From contig NC_009483.1 in NCBI RefSeq assembly GCF_000016745.1, positions 4,620,001 through 4,652,000 on the forward strand: DNA of 32,000 bases. The letters are read 5' to 3'. Origin of the DNA: Geotalea uraniireducens Rf4 (GTDB lineage: Bacteria; Desulfobacterota; Desulfuromonadia; Geobacterales; Geobacteraceae). Position numbers and translations under genes: made by a program. The notes below the pieces were generated by a model. The model was given only the letters and a program-made list of their open reading frames with translations, was not told the origin of the DNA and did no database searches. Shown piece after piece: positions 9,479-19,600 of this stretch; within the stretch, counting starts at the first letter, position 1; each line of letters begins with the position of its first letter.

Positions 9479-10006
9479 TCAGCTCGCCTGAACATAACTC
9501 ATCACGGAACCACGCATCCGGCAATCCGTGAACATCCCTTGTAATTCCTTATAGACAAGGCGCAGCTTGCCTTCCGCTGCATAGAAGAACTCTTTGTCGG
9601 AAGTCGGCAAATGCACCTCAATCTGCTCGCAGACAAACGTCACACAATTGAAAGGCCGATACTGAGGAGGCATCAGACAGCCATCCTCCGCAAGATATGA
9701 ACAACGGCCGTTTGCAAAGCGCGGTTCAAAAAGTTTTTTGCCGGTCAACAGATAGACAACGAGATCAATGGCAGAGAAATGATATTTGCCCCGCACACAA
9801 CACTCCCCCCCGCAGGTGGCACAGATTGCTGCACAGTTAACCTTCTCCACAACTTCCTGCATTGCCGCTTTGAGGGCTATCAGCTCTTCGGCGCCGGCTT
9901 TGAGACTGGTCAACTGATCATGCGTCAGGATCCGGAACTCATTGACAACAGCCTTGACACCTAAACGCCATACTTCATCATCCGTTACAACGCCCGTTGG
10001 CTCCAT
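9479..10006 (-). CDS. YkgJ-family (CxxCxxCC-type) cysteine-cluster protein
   Basis: CATCGGECC followed by RCSYLAEDGCLMPPQYRPFNCVTFVC matches the Zn/Fe-chelating UPF0153/YkgJ pattern. The track start at 10195 overlaps the upstream regulator; ATG 10006 (MEPTGVV) removes the overlap. Confidence 0.6.
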   Translation of the reverse strand: MEPTGVVTDDEVWRLGVKAVVNEFRILTHDQLTSLKAGAEELIALKAAMQEVVEKVNCAAICATCGGECCVRGKYHFSAIDLVVYLLTGKKLFEPRFANGRCSYLAEDGCLMPPQYRPFNCVTFVCEQIEVHLPTSDKEFFYAAEGKLRLVYKELQGMFTDCRMRGSVMSYVQAS

Positions 10007-10079
10007 AGTGGCGAATTGTAAAATGAAAAGCCGTGAAAAGTCAAACAACACCTGCAAACATGAATATCCCCTAACAGCT

Positions 10080-10790
10080 TTATTTCTGCGGCTTGAAAGA
10101 ATCCACAAAGTTTTGAATCGCCTCGATGGTCTTCTCTGCAACCTCTGTAAACTCCACACCGAAGCCCACCGGCAACATCGGCTTTTTCCGTTCACTTTTG
10201 CTGTTCTGCCAGGCTATCCGTCCATGAACTTCTACCAGTTCCGGTGAGTCCGGCGGCAATGGAAACGAAAGGGACACCATACCATCCTTACCCACCGCGC
10301 CCTCGGCGATCACATAGAGCCCGCCGACACTTATGTCGGCAATCACGCCGGCGAGCACATCCCCGTCGTCCCTGATGCTTACCTTTGCGTCAAAAGGGAC
10401 CCTCGGCTCGCGGCGGTCGATATCCGGAAGAAACTTTCGCCCCTTTTCCAGAAAAATTCTTCTATCAATGGGCTTGGTTATAAAATCATCACAGCCGGCC
10501 TGCCGGCATAACTCACGGTCTTCGTTCTTCCCGGCGGTTGTAACCATTACAACAGGTATGGAGCACAATTGATCATCCGTTTTGATAGTGGCACAACATG
10601 CAGCGCCATCCATTTCAGGCATATTCAGATCCATGAAAATCAGGTCTGGTCGGTCATTTTTTACAATTTCCAGAGCTTCTTTTCCGTTATGGGCGGTGAA
10701 GATTCGAACCGGCGAATTCCTGAGAAAACTTTTCTCGATTTCCAGTATCAACGCCACATCGTCAACGAGAAGAATTTTGCGTTTCTCCAT
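10080..10790 (-). CDS. response regulator: CheY-like receiver fused to PilZ (c-di-GMP binding) domain
   Basis: Receiver motifs are LLVDD, FMDLNMPEMDG (phospho-Asp), VVMVTT and ITKP. PilZ motifs are RREPR (RxxxR) and DISVGG (DxSxxG). The start is moved to ATG 10790 (MEKRKILLVDD). Confidence 0.85.
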   Translation of the reverse strand: MEKRKILLVDDVALILEIEKSFLRNSPVRIFTAHNGKEALEIVKNDRPDLIFMDLNMPEMDGAACCATIKTDDQLCSIPVVMVTTAGKNEDRELCRQAGCDDFITKPIDRRIFLEKGRKFLPDIDRREPRVPFDAKVSIRDDGDVLAGVIADISVGGLYVIAEGAVGKDGMVSLSFPLPPDSPELVEVHGRIAWQNSKSERKKPMLPVGFGVEFTEVAEKTIEAIQNFVDSFKPQK

Positions 10791-10923
10791 TATTACGTCC
10801 TTTCGACCAAATCGATCTTGGCGCATCCATGCCTTATTGAGTCTATTTATGTATCGGCATGAATGCCCGGAGCTTTAGCAAACACTACCCGTGCGCTGCA
10901 CCTGTTGCTATGCAAAAAAGGTC

Positions 10924-10960
10924 ATTCCGGCAAACTGCGCCTGAATGACCATTTTCACAT
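10924..10960 (-). terminator. intrinsic terminator downstream of rnpB
   Basis: The reverse strand reads GGTCATTC-aggcgcagtttgccg-GAATGACC followed by TTTTTTG, ~58 nt after the RNase P RNA 3' end. Confidence 0.7.
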
Positions 10961-11018
10961 CTCATTTATCCGAAGACAATTATTAAGAGGCGCTTGATTC
11001 GAAAACACCTTTTAATTA

Positions 11019-11402
11019 ATTGGCCGAAGCAGCCCATAAGCCGGGTCCTGTTCCCGCTGCAAGTTTCCCGACCGCGGGCGATGGCCATTCATCTAGGACC
11101 GTCGTTACCGACGGCCTCAAGCAACCAACCCGGAAGCACGGACGGGCCGTCCTTAACGCTTCCCTATTTGGTCTTGCTCCTGGCGGGGTTTACCTGGCAT
11201 CCGACGTCACCGCCGGACCCGGTGAGCTCTTACCTCACCCTTTCACCCTTACCTGCCTTCGCAAAGCTCCGGCAGGCGGACTTCTCTCTGTGGCACTTTC
11301 CCTGGGGTCACCCCCGCTGGATGTTATCCAGCGCCATGCCCTATGGAGCCCGGACTTTCCTCCCCCCTTGCGGGCGGCGGCCATCTGGTCTACTTCGGCC
11401 AA
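11019..11402 (-). ncRNA. rnpB: RNase P RNA, bacterial type A
   Basis: The reverse complement contains the universally conserved GGAGGAAAGTCCGGGCTCCATAGGGCA (11363-11337), GGTAAGGGTGAAAGGGTG and ACAGGACCCGGCTTAT. P1 is formed by GGCCGAAGUAG (5') and CUGCUUCGGCC (3'). The sequence is co-linear with E. coli M1 RNA from memory. Ends are +/- a few nt. Confidence 0.93.
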
Positions 11403-11425
11403 GCTATAAAAACTTTATCCTTCTC

Positions 11426-12142
11426 TCAGTTCTCCGTTTCCTGGCGGAGGATCAACATCCTCTGGCAGTGGGGACAGGTTATCACGTCGTCTCCGCGGAA
11501 GAGCGAATTGTAGAGTTGCGGCGGCAGATTCATGTTACAGCCGAGGCAACTGCCATCCTTCGCTTCGACAACAGCCAGCCCCCTGCGCTGGTCTCTCAGC
11601 TTGTAATAGCGTTTCATTATCGAAGCAGGAAGTCCCTTTACGGCTGCATCTTTAGCAACAACACCCGCGGCGATTTCCGCTTCCAGCTTATCGACCTTTG
11701 TCTGCAATTCACCCTGTTGCGCCGCAATGTTCACTTCAAGCGCATTGAGGTTTTCCTGCTTCTCCGCCATAACCTTCTGCAGCTCTTCGAACTGTCCCAC
11801 CTTTTGCAAAATCTGTTCTTCAAGCTCAACGGTCAGCTTTTTAGCACTTGATATCTCTTTGGAAACGGCCTGGTATTCCTTCTGGGTCTTGATTTCCTTC
11901 AAGCGTGCTTCAGACCTGACAATATTCTCGCTTTCCACAGCAAGACTTTCCTCCAGGGCCTTCTTAGCCTCTTCCAATGACACAGCCTCGGCACTCTTCT
12001 CAGCAATTACATTGCGCGCCTCAACCACGCTATTCTCCAGTGCGGCAATTTCCCCGAGCAAAGTATCCTTCTCTCCATGTAGCAAGTCGATCTTCAGGTC
12101 AATCTCTTGCAACTCTCCCAGCAGTTTCAAATTGTTCCGCAA
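11426..12142 (-). CDS. COG1579/DUF164 coiled-coil protein with C-terminal C4 zinc ribbon
   Basis: 238 aa with a long heptad-rich coiled coil, then CLGCNMNLPPQ...CPHCQRMLI. It shows the conserved pairing downstream of a Nif3 gene. Confidence 0.8.
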   Translation of the reverse strand: MRNNLKLLGELQEIDLKIDLLHGEKDTLLGEIAALENSVVEARNVIAEKSAEAVSLEEAKKALEESLAVESENIVRSEARLKEIKTQKEYQAVSKEISSAKKLTVELEEQILQKVGQFEELQKVMAEKQENLNALEVNIAAQQGELQTKVDKLEAEIAAGVVAKDAAVKGLPASIMKRYYKLRDQRRGLAVVEAKDGSCLGCNMNLPPQLYNSLFRGDDVITCPHCQRMLILRQETEN

Positions 12143-12190
12143 TTCAGCCTCCCCCGTTCCCTTTAGTTTTTCTATGCAAAAAAGAAGCGC

Positions 12191-13309
12191 CTACGCATAA
12201 TTAAAAGGCTCTCTCTCTTCCTTGTAAGCAACAACATCTGCACCATATCCTTTTTCCAGCAACTCACGGGCAACTTTGGCCGCCACCCCCTCCACCATGA
12301 GTATTTCCGTGGCAAAATGCCCGGCATCAATCAAGGCCAGTCCGAGGGACTCTGCATCCCGGGCATCGTGATATTTTACATCACCCGTTATCAGGACATC
12401 AGCCCCCTGGCGGAAGGCGTTTTTGAGCAACGAAGCCCCGCTTCCGCCGCAGATGGCGACCTTTTTCACCCGGCTGCCACTGTCCCCGACGAATCGGGCC
12501 CCGGCAAGGGTAAGCCGTTCCTTGACCAATGCAACCAGGTCACCCAGCGTAGTTTCTTCTTTAAGCCTGCAAAGCCTCCCCAGCCCCCGAACATTCCCCT
12601 TGTTCAACAGGGGGTAGAGATCGTAGGCAGGCTCTTCGTAGGGGTGGGCGGACAGCAACGCGTTAAGCGCTGCGGGCAAGTTCTCCTTGGGAATAAGCAC
12701 CTCAAGGCGGGTTTCTTCCACATGCTCGCGAACCCCGACCTTTCCAAGAAAAGGTTGGGCGCCTGCCAGCGGCGTGAAAGTTCCCGTGCCGCCGGTTTGA
12801 AACGAACAATCCCGGTAATTGCCCATAACGCCGCTGAACCTGAACAGCGCCTCCAGCACTCGCTCCTCGTGGCCTTTGGGAACGAACACGCTCAGCTTGA
12901 CCAACTCTTCCGAGCCGGTAACCCTGAGAGGCTCACCCATCTCCAGTCCCAGGCGTTCAGCGAGTAGATCGTTCAACCCGCCATCTGCCACATCATAGTT
13001 GGTGTGCAAGGACACAACCGACAGGTCATTTTTCAGTGCATACGAAACAAGATAGCCGGTGGGGTCGTTGACGGAAATTTTTTTGAGCGGTGCGAAGATC
13101 AAAGGGTGGTGGGTGAGCAGGAGTTGGCATTTATCTGCAACGGCAGCTTCAACGGCAGCTTTACAGGGATCGAGCGCCACCATGATTTTCCCGGCCGCGG
13201 CAGCGGGATTTCCCACCTGCAACCCCACATTGTCCCACTCTTCAGCATGGCCGAATGGAGCGAATTTATTAATGATTCCAACTATGTCTGAGACCTTGGG
13301 AGTTTTCAT
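12191..13309 (-). CDS. Nif3-like dinuclear metal centre protein (YqfO/YbgI family, long form with inserted domain)
   Basis: Supporting motifs are FAPFGHAEEWDNVGLQVG at the N-terminus, LLTHHPLIF, the SLHTNYD motif, and C-terminal ITGDVKYHDA...IDAGHFATE. The 372-aa length fits the long form with a central PII-like insert. Confidence 0.88.
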   Translation of the reverse strand: MKTPKVSDIVGIINKFAPFGHAEEWDNVGLQVGNPAAAAGKIMVALDPCKAAVEAAVADKCQLLLTHHPLIFAPLKKISVNDPTGYLVSYALKNDLSVVSLHTNYDVADGGLNDLLAERLGLEMGEPLRVTGSEELVKLSVFVPKGHEERVLEALFRFSGVMGNYRDCSFQTGGTGTFTPLAGAQPFLGKVGVREHVEETRLEVLIPKENLPAALNALLSAHPYEEPAYDLYPLLNKGNVRGLGRLCRLKEETTLGDLVALVKERLTLAGARFVGDSGSRVKKVAICGGSGASLLKNAFRQGADVLITGDVKYHDARDAESLGLALIDAGHFATEILMVEGVAAKVARELLEKGYGADVVAYKEEREPFNYA

Positions 13310-13313
13310 CGCA

Positions 13314-13352
13314 CATAAAAGAAAAAGAGTGCAACCTTTCGGTGTGCACTCT
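13314..13352 (-). terminator. strong intrinsic-terminator-like hairpin between tRNA and nif3-like start
   Basis: The reverse strand reads AAAAAGAGTGCA-c-ACC-GAAA-GGT-TGCACTCTTTTTCTTTT, a GAAA tetraloop hairpin with a U-tract. It ends 4-8 nt before the nif3-like ATG (13309). Confidence 0.7.
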
Positions 13353-13429
13353 TTTTCTCTACTCGTTGAGTATTGTTTCTTCTGACCAGGTGCTTTAAGG
13401 GCATCCCCACATCATCCTATGTAGTTAGG

Positions 13430-13506
13430 TGGTGGGCCCACCAGGACTCGAACCTGGGACCGACCGGTTATGAGCCGGTAGCTCTAGCCAACTGAGCTAT
13501 AGGCCC
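13430..13506 (-). tRNA. tRNA with CAT anticodon (elongator Met or, more likely, lysidine-type Ile2)
   Basis: 77-nt cloverleaf: GGGCCTA|TA|GCTC|AGTTGGCTA|GAGC|T|ACCGG|CTCATAA|CCGGT|CGGTC|CCAGG|TTCGAGT|CCTGG|TGGGCCC|A|CCA, with encoded CCA. It is not an initiator: the 1:72 pair is intact and the anticodon stem has no GGG/CCC. C4:G69 and C5:G68 resemble the acceptor-stem determinants recalled for TilS substrates. Confidence 0.9.
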
Positions 13507-13521
13507 GCAAAGCGAATAATA

Positions 13522-13550
13522 ATACTATGATAACCGGCATGGAGTGTCAA
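13522..13550 (-). promoter_or_regulatory. sigma70-type promoter for the tRNA (TTGACA-N17-TAGTAT) with upstream A-tract
   Basis: The reverse strand reads gcaaaaaaaaCTTGACActccatgccggttatcaTAGTATtattattcgctttgc followed by the tRNA 5' end. The -35 is at 13550-13545 and the -10 at 13527-13522. Confidence 0.5.
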
Positions 13551-13588
13551 GTTTTTTTTGCCACTCTTTTATTGACATTCGATCAACG

Positions 13589-13626
13589 AAAGCCCCTCCC
13601 GTGTGAACATGCACGACAGGGGCTTA
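13589..13626 (-). terminator. weak terminator-like hairpin after the giant ORF
   Basis: The reverse strand reads AAGCCCCT...AGGGGCTT (8-bp GC-rich stem with an internal loop) just after the TGA at 13637-13635. The U-tract is poor (TTCGTT). Confidence 0.3.
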
Positions 13627-13634
13627 GCAGCACA

Positions 13635-16600
13635 TCAGTCGTCGTCATCGCGGTCATGCCTTCCATCTCGATCATCGTCACTGTGGTGATGATGCCCATC
13701 CTTCCGTTCATGCCGTTCCCGATCTTCGTCGTCCGATTCCCCACTGCATCCTTGTTTCCCCATATCATGTGGAACCACGACGCTGGTCACCGCGGTAGCC
13801 GTGTTTCCCGCCTTGTCGGTTGCGGTTGCGGTCACCGTGTACACCCGTCCGTCCATGTCGTCTCCGTTCCGCCACGCCTCAAGGTAGACGGTGCTGCCGC
13901 TTGGAAGGTTCTTGTAGTTGTACTTGCCGTATTCGTCGCTGATGGAGATGAGCACGGATTCCATGTCGGTTGCGGTGGTGAGGATGTTCCCCCGGACGGT
14001 CACCGGCACGAGCTTGTGATTGGGCGGCCAGAGGGTGGCGGGTGATGCGGTGACGGTTACGACGGGTGCGGTGGTTGTCACGACGATGGTAGTGGTTGTG
14101 GTTGACTGGTTTCCCGCTGGGTCTACGGTTGCTGCGCTGATGATGTTCGCTCCGTCCGAAAGGGCGGACACGGCGGCTTGCCAGGTGGTTGCCGTCGGAT
14201 AGGCAACCGTGCCGACGGTTGCCGTGGGGCTGGTTACGGTTACGGTGCAGCCTTCTTCCCTTGTTCCGCTTATCACCTGACTCTTCCGGTCGGTGGGTGT
14301 GGCTACGGGGTCGATGGTCAGAACCGGTTTGGTGATGTCATGGATGACGTTGCGCTGCACGCTTGTTTCATTTCCTGCTGCGTCTTTGGCCGTAACCTGG
14401 ATTTCGTAGGTTTTTTCTTCGGCAAAGCTTACGGCCTGCTCGAAGGCGCCGTTCGTTACTTGCGGAGTGAAGGTGTCCATGCCCATGGTTATGGTTACGG
14501 TCGGTTGGGTCAGGGCATCGGTGACTGTTCCTTTGACGGTGATGCTGCCCTGATTGGTGCGCAGGTCCTGGCCTGGGTCGGTTATGGCCAGGGACGGTTT
14601 CTGGTCGTCGAAGATGACGGTACGCTTGTCGTTGGCGGGGTTTCCGGCCTGATCGGTGGCTTTGATGTCTATGGTGTTGAGACCGGGCACAAGCGCTACG
14701 GTTGTCGAGAAGCTCGTGCCGTTGAAGTATTGGACGGGTTCTCCGATTCTGACTTCTATGGAGGCGGGTTCATCGGTTGTTCCGGCCACTTGGATTGCCG
14801 GACCGGCTGTTGCGCTGTTGTCGGGCGGGGTGGTGATGGTGATGACGGGCGCGTTCTGATCGAGGTTGATCGTCCTGGTATCGGTGGTCCTGTTGCCGGA
14901 ACGGTCGAGGGCTGTGGTTGTGATCGGATTCCCCCCCGGTTTCAGGATGACCGTATGGCTGAAACTGCCGTCGGCGTTGAGTGGGACGGGGATGTCGTTG
15001 ATCCGGAGTTCCTGCATTCCTCCTTCGTCTTTTGCGGTGCCGGCTATGTTGAGGGTTTCACCGGCGGTGAATGCGCCGTCTTTGAGCGTGGAGATGACGA
15101 GCACAGGCGGTGTGGTGTCTTTCACTTCGAAGGGGGCGCCGGTGAGGCTCTTTACGTTCCCCTGGTAGTCGTAGAGGAGGATTGCCAGGATGGTCTTTAC
15201 CCGCAGATTGCTTGTGGAGAAGGGGATATTTCCGGTCTTTGTGCCGTTTATCGGCAATGGTTCGGTTTGCGGGGCTTCTATGGTCTTGAGAAGCTCGCCG
15301 GTGTCGGGGTCTGTCAGGAGGATGCGCAGGGAATAGGCGGAGATATCTTCATTCCCCCGGTTGGTGACGGTGAAGGTGAGGTTTCCTGTTGTTCCTGCCT
15401 CAATTGTAGTTGGCTGGACTGCAACGGTCCCGGAAAGGCCTGCCCCGGATGTGGCTGAGCTGACGATCTGGAAGGTGGTGTTGGCCGAGGCGAGCAGGGT
15501 TGTTCCGTCAAGGATCTCTACTTTTGCCTGGTAGGTTCCCTTTGCACTGCCGGTGCAGTTCCACCATTTCTTCATTTCGAAACGGCCGCCGGGGGTGAGG
15601 GAGGCGATGGTTCGCGTCTCGGTGAAGACGGTCGTCCCGCTGCTGTCTTCGAGGGTCAGTCGGAAGGTCAAGTCGGCAAAGGGGAAGTTGGGGCTGGTGC
15701 TGGTTATGGCTGCGGTTATGGCTGCGCTCTCGCTGGAGGTGTAGGTGAGCTTGTCGGCTGAGATATTGGCTGTGGCGGTTTTTACCGGCAGGATGGTGAA
15801 GGGGGCGGAGGCTTGGGCTACGTCCTTCCCTGCGTCTTTCAGCCGGACAACGGCCAGGTAGCTGCCGCTGAAGGTGGTGCCGGTATTCCAGGCTGCTGTC
15901 AGGGCTATATTCCCTTTTGCGGCAAGTGAGACGGGGGTATCGGCTGTGACGGTGGCTACGGATGTCCCGGTTTCGGCTATTATGGTCACATCATAACCGA
16001 GATTCCTGGCTGTTCCGTTCAATTCATTGGCGGAGAGGGTTATGCGCACTTCTTCGTTGGCGGTGTATTCCTGCTTGTCGGTAATTGCATCGAGGCGCAG
16101 ACCTGCGGCCTGGATAAATACTTCGCGCATGCCCTGATTGTTGGTTTCGTTGCTTTCGGTGATGGTGTTATCCGGGTCTGCAACGATATGGAAGGTATGG
16201 TTGCCGGATAGTCCTATGGTGGAGAGGGTGAAGACTGCCTGGCTGCTTCCCCCCTGGGGGATCAGCTGAGGGATGACCGTCTCACCGGTCCGTTTGCCTC
16301 CGGCTGCGGGATTGCCGTCGTAGAGGGCTAGTTTGATGTTGCCTACTGCCTGGCCCAGGTTGTGGATGTTGGCGGCTATGGTCAATTGGTCCCCTTCGTT
16401 GGGGGCGGCAGGGGTGATGGTGATGTCTGCCGCGGTCACCTGCAGGTCGGGCTTGTCTGCCGGGGTGACGAGCACTTCGCGGATAGCGGTGTTGTTGGCT
16501 TTGTTGATTTCGGCAATGGCGCTAAGTGGGTCGACTACTGCGTAGAGATATGTCGTTCCTTGTGCAGCAAGGGTGTTCCAGGCGGCATGGATGGTTGCGG

Positions 16601-19600
16601 CGCCGCCGATGGCGATTGTGGGGATGACCTGGTCGGCTCCGATCTGTTTGCCGCCGGTTGCCGGGTTGCCGGCGTACACTCTAACCAGGATGTTGTTGGC
16701 ATTAAGGGTGCCGCTGTTTCTGACCGTGACCGCGATGTCGGCGAGGGTTCCTTCGGGAATGGATGCCGGGATGGCGATGTCTTCGGCTGAGATGACCAGA
16801 TCCGGGCGGCCGGTGGTGACGAAGACCGGCAGGGTTACGATGTTGTTGGTCTTGTCGCATTCGCTGATTACGCCGTCGGCGTCGGCAGTTACCTGGATGG
16901 TGTGGTTCCCTTCTGCTGGGGCGTTCCAGGTGATGGTTACGTCTTCGTAGTCGCCGGGGTTGAGGGTTCTGGTGGTGGTTGCCGTGCCGATGAGGGTGCC
17001 GCCGGTTGCCGGGTCGCCGTCGTGGAAGGCGGTTTTTACTCCCGCATCGACGGCTTTGGCGCCGCCGTTGCCGATGCGTGTTGTGATGGCGACGGAACTG
17101 GGATAGTTGGCCATGTCGACGCGCACGAAGGATGCGGAGAGGTCTGCCGCCAGGTAGGGACTGCCGGTTGACGGCGTGGTCGGCACGTTGCAGCGGTAGT
17201 TGTTGTTGGTGAGCCAGCTGGGGGTCTCATACTGCGGGATGGAGCCGTCGTCGTTGATGTTGGTGCTGTGGTAGGATGGCTGGTTCCAGATGCGGCGGGT
17301 ACCGACCCAGTCGTTGTTCTTGGCTCCGTAGACGCGAAGGCTTCCAGACGTCGGGCCGTAACCATAGTTCCCAGTTACAACAGCCTCGGCATGGCCATCA
17401 CCATCGACGTCGGCTATAACGACACTGGAGTAATCCCCTACCTGTCCGATATTTTCCTCGAAAAGGAGCGTCCCATCTTTCCCTTCAAAAACCCTGAAAT
17501 ATGGGCCACTGTGTATTAAGACTTTTGGACGTCCGTCGCCGTTTAAATCAAAAACAGACGGAGCAGGGACATCCATTTGCCAACCGGAATTAGGAATGGC
17601 AAGTGTCATTTTGAGACGTCCTTCTGAATCAAGGATTAAATATTTGCTTTCTCCTCGTATGCCGATCTCAGGCTTGCCATCACCATCAAAGTCGGCAATG
17701 ACCGTATGGCCGCCAGTCATATCGTATTTGGCAGTCGGCTCCAGATTTTTCAAAAAGACCGGCCCCCATTTGACTTGACCGGTATGATCGAGTAAGTACA
17801 CTCTCCCTCCCACCCCCCCAGCGAATGGGGGTGGATTAAGATTGGTAAGCAGCACCACTTCCGGATACGGATCATTGTCGAAGTTTCCAACTGCTGTAAA
17901 CCCATCTGTCAGAGAGCTATTAATCCATTTAATGGTGCAATCGTTGTTATAGGCAGTGTAACCAGCAATGATCTCCTGCTTTCCGTCCATATCCAGGTCC
18001 GCCACTGATACTGAATAGCCGAAGCCATTCGACATTCCCGCACCGCCTCTCAACCGATAATCCGGCGCGCAACGAACGGATCCATCCCAGTTGAAAATCG
18101 TTGGACCGTAGATGATTTCTGAATGGCCATCGCCATCCAAATCGGCTAGCACCGGAATGTTACCTTCTTCCATGGTGGTACTGTAACCTGGGTTAGCCAG
18201 CCGCCACGCTGTTACCTGGGCACTGTTATCCCACTTGAGGGTGCCGTCATGGGCAAGAGCTAGCAATCCCACACCGAATCTTCTTTTTATTACTATCTCA
18301 GGCTTGCCATCTCCATCGATATCGCCTACTATCGGATATCCCCCCTCATACGGAGCCTGACCGGTGACAAATCTCGTGAAGCTCACATCCCCCGTATCCC
18401 CCTTGAAGGCCCAAAGCTTTCCTTCCAAGGTCTGGTAGTTGCCAGCAAATGCGTTTACCAGGATTGCCGGTTTGTCGTAATTGTCGATTTTGTCGTCGCC
18501 GTTATCGTCGGTGAGGCTTATCACCACCGGCGTGGAGAGTATCCGGCCCAAAGTTGGGTCAGGTGTGCGTGGCCACTGCCACTTCACCACCGGCTCGATT
18601 GGGTTTGCCGGCCGCGCCGCGCAAGCCGCCCCCCGCCGTATAGTATTATTGATCTCGTTCTGCTCGAACACCGCCTGGCCGCTGTCCACCAAGGCGTAAA
18701 TGGGGGCATCCCTGAAGGTCACGGTTCCCGAGAGGTTGATCGACACGACTCCGACCATGTTGGGATTCATGGGGGTGGCGTAGTCCCAGGAGCCGAGCGC
18801 CTGGTCTGTTCCTTCGGTGTAGACGCCGTCGTTGTCCTTGTCCTCGAAGACGGTGATGCGGAATGGTGTGGCGACCTTGTCGTCTCCTTTGTTCTGGAAC
18901 TTGACCTTCGCCATGCCGGATATGCGCAGGCTCTGCGGGTCGGTGGTCGTGGCGGAGAGGTCGAACTCCAGGGGAACCAGGTCCGGTCCTTTGGCTTCAG
19001 CGGAACTCTTCACCAAGAGGGAGCGGATGGCGGTGTTGTTGTCTTCGTACAGCTCCGCGACCTTGTTGTCCGGGTCGCAGACGGCGTAGAAGCGGTAGGT
19101 GCCTCTGGCTGCGGTGAACGGATAAGTCAGGTCTACGGTGCCGTCACCGGGAAGGTCGGCTATGGCTAAGGTCTGGAGGAGGGTTCCGCCGCTGTTTGGG
19201 TCGCCGTTGTAGAGGTTGACGTTGAAGGGGCCGGTTGCCTTTATCCCCCGGTTCTGCACGGTCACCTTTACGGTTACGGGGTCGCCGTCCATGGGGTGCT
19301 CGGGGGCGATGGCGATGTCGGAGGCGGAGACTTCGATGTCCACCATGTCGGCCATGACCGGGAGGATCTGGCTGTTGTTGGTTTCGTCCCGCTCGGCGCC
19401 GGCGTTTAGCCGGTCGATGTAGGCGCGCAGCGTGCGTATGCCGGGGGGAACCTGCCACGGGACGGCTACGCTTCTCGTCTCGCCGGCATTGAGGGTGACG
19501 GTGGCTTTCTGTAGTAGTGTGCCGCCTGCGGCCGGGTCGCTGTCGAAGAGCTCCAGGTCAGCGGTGGCGGCTTCGGTGCCGTTGTTGACGGCGGCAATGG

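Noticed and set aside
10994-11851. + strand ORFs 10994..11851 and 11020..11409
   Set aside because: They run across the reverse-strand RNase P RNA gene and the antisense of the zinc-ribbon gene. The conserved rnpB sequence and structure blocks explain this region better than a Pro/Ser-rich ORF does.
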